From contig QHZO01000217.1 of NCBI GenBank assembly GCA_003224695.1, positions 1 to 43,940 of the forward strand: 43,940 nt of DNA, written 5' to 3'. This document shows, piece after piece, positions 43,067 to 43,940 of this stretch (positions are counted from its first letter, which is position 1; each line of letters begins with the position of its first letter). The translations under genes and the position numbers were made by a program. This DNA comes from Acidobacteriota bacterium (GTDB lineage: Bacteria; Acidobacteriota; Terriglobia; UBA7540). The notes beneath the pieces were generated by a model. The model did no database searches. It was not told the DNA's origin and saw only the letters and a list, made by a program, of their open reading frames with translations.

Positions 43067-43093
43067 GTAGGGGCGAACGGCGTTCGCCCCTAC
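43067..43093. repeat. REP-like palindrome GTAGGGGCGAACggCGTTCGCCCCTAC
   Basis: It lies 8 nt after the EF-G stop. It is the same unit as at 36612-36635, in the opposite orientation (loop GG instead of CC). Confidence 0.85.
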
Positions 43094-43139
43094 CTCCCGC
43101 CAAGTCGGCGGACGATTCCAGGCGCACCACGGAGGTTCC

Positions 43140-43508
43140 GTGCCGGACATCAAACTTGGAAAAATCCACGCCGTCATGCTTGGGGTGAAGGACTTGGCCC
43201 GCTCGGTCGAGTTCTATCGCGACAAACTGGGGATGAGCGTCAAGGACCAATCGGCCAACTTCGTGTTTCTCGACGGCGGTGGCGTCACCCTCATGTTAAG
43301 CCTGCCGCTGCTTCGAGCGAGCCAGCCGGCGGCGGGTGCGACGGAAGTGGTCTTTTCGGTGGAAGGAGTTCGGCCAGCCTGCGAGGCATTGCGCCAGCGC
43401 GGCGTGGAGTTCTTTGTTGAGCCGCGCAACGTCGCCGGCCCTTTCTGGGCAGCTAACTTCCGCGATCCCGACGGGCATAACTTGTCAATCTTTGGCCCTG
43501 AAAAATAG
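43140..43508 (+). CDS. VOC family (glyoxalase/bleomycin-resistance fold) protein
   Basis: IHAVMLGVKDLARSVEFYRDKLGM...VVFSVEGV...FRDPDGHNLSIF. Confidence 0.88.
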   Translation: MPDIKLGKIHAVMLGVKDLARSVEFYRDKLGMSVKDQSANFVFLDGGGVTLMLSLPLLRASQPAAGATEVVFSVEGVRPACEALRQRGVEFFVEPRNVAGPFWAANFRDPDGHNLSIFGPEK

Positions 43509-43683
43509 CCGGTACCCGCCCGCATCCACGCCATTCGCCCTTCGAATTGGCGCTGGGCCACCATTCTCAATGGAACCATTCAAAAGCCCTTTGCTTTGCC
43601 CGTCCCGACCCGCTAGACTGTGCCTCGCTCCTTAGGCAAATGCGACGAGCCACAAGAGGAACCTCGCGCCACATCAGGTCACG

Positions 43684-43940
43684 ATGATCCCTTTCCACTG
43701 GTTGCTTCCCACATCTCTTCTTGCGGGGTTTGTAGGCGCCATGACCGGCATGGGCGGGGGGGTTATCCTCATCCCCGCCCTGACACTCCTGGGGATGGAC
43801 ATCAAGCACGCCATCGCTCTCAGCATTCTTTCCATCATCGCTACCTCCAGCGGCTCGGCTTCGGCTTATGTTCGGGATCACATCACGAATCTGAAGGTGG
43901 GAATGTTCCTGGAGATGTTCACGATCGTGGGCGCGCTGGC
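43684..43940 (+). CDS. TauE/SafE family sulfite-exporter-like permease, N-terminal part (runs off the right edge)
   Basis: My translation from the ATG at 43684 reads MIPFHWLLPTSLLAGFVGAMTGMGGGVILIPALTLLGMDIKHAIALSILSIIATSSGSASAYVRDHITNLKVGMF. Confidence 0.8.
   Translation, partial: MIPFHWLLPTSLLAGFVGAMTGMGGGVILIPALTLLGMDIKHAIALSILSIIATSSGSASAYVRDHITNLKVGMFLEMFTIVGAL

Noticed and set aside
1-43940. rRNA, tRNA, tmRNA, RNase P and SRP RNA genes.
   Set aside because: I read the non-coding gaps (3050-3671, 8362-8814, 9121-9323, 14571-14902, 23593-23892, 34138-34348, 36450-36631, 40333-40956, 43509-43683). I found no cloverleaf-compatible sequence and no conserved cores such as GGAAAGUCCGGGC. This was by eye only, and tRNAscan or Infernal would be decisive.

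Overview
This is a 43.9-kb bacterial chromosomal window with high G+C. My hand counts on sample 60-nt lines give about 68% in core genes. The gene content (giant SBBP and BNR/sortilin-like exported proteins, a CRTAC1/ASPIC-UnbV lipoprotein next to a multiheme cytochrome, an EF-G paralog) and the repeat content resemble a soil Acidobacteria-type genome, but that taxonomy is inference only.

I support about 40 protein-coding genes:
- a lexA operon
- a roughly 1560-aa SBBP surface protein broken into four pieces
- a small ORF followed by a multiheme cytochrome, a CRTAC1-like lipoprotein and an ICMT-like methyltransferase
- a BNR/Asp-box protein
- a CocE/NonD hydrolase, an aldehyde dehydrogenase and a protein of unknown function
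- TPR and YHS proteins, thiD, tdh-kbl, araB-araD and an SSS symporter
- uppS, a winged-helix regulator with a membrane partner, an EF-G paralog, a VOC protein and a TauE/SafE permease

Two cassettes with lower G+C (about 48-52% on sample lines) each encode a nuclease-like protein translationally coupled to a DNA methyltransferase. One lies at the left edge beside the lexA operon. The other is inserted between araD and the sugar symporter. I found no rRNA, tRNA or CRISPR array.

The most unusual content is non-genic:
1. A family of hairpins whose arms are arrays of four degenerate heptads. The heptad word differs between loci but the architecture is constant. One-armed copies sit in frame inside the SBBP gene.
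2. GTAGGGGC...GCCCCTAC REP-like palindromes that repeatedly supply the TAG stop codon of the adjacent gene.
3. GTCATTC-type nested palindromes.
4. A perfect 112-bp inverted duplication that replaces part of the BNR gene.

Five genes carry frameshifts, and every one is consistent with a net loss of one base, so a deletion-biased assembly error is a real possibility. I did not find a clear multi-gene system that I can confidently call new. The heptad-array hairpins and the two nuclease-methyltransferase cassettes are the best candidates.
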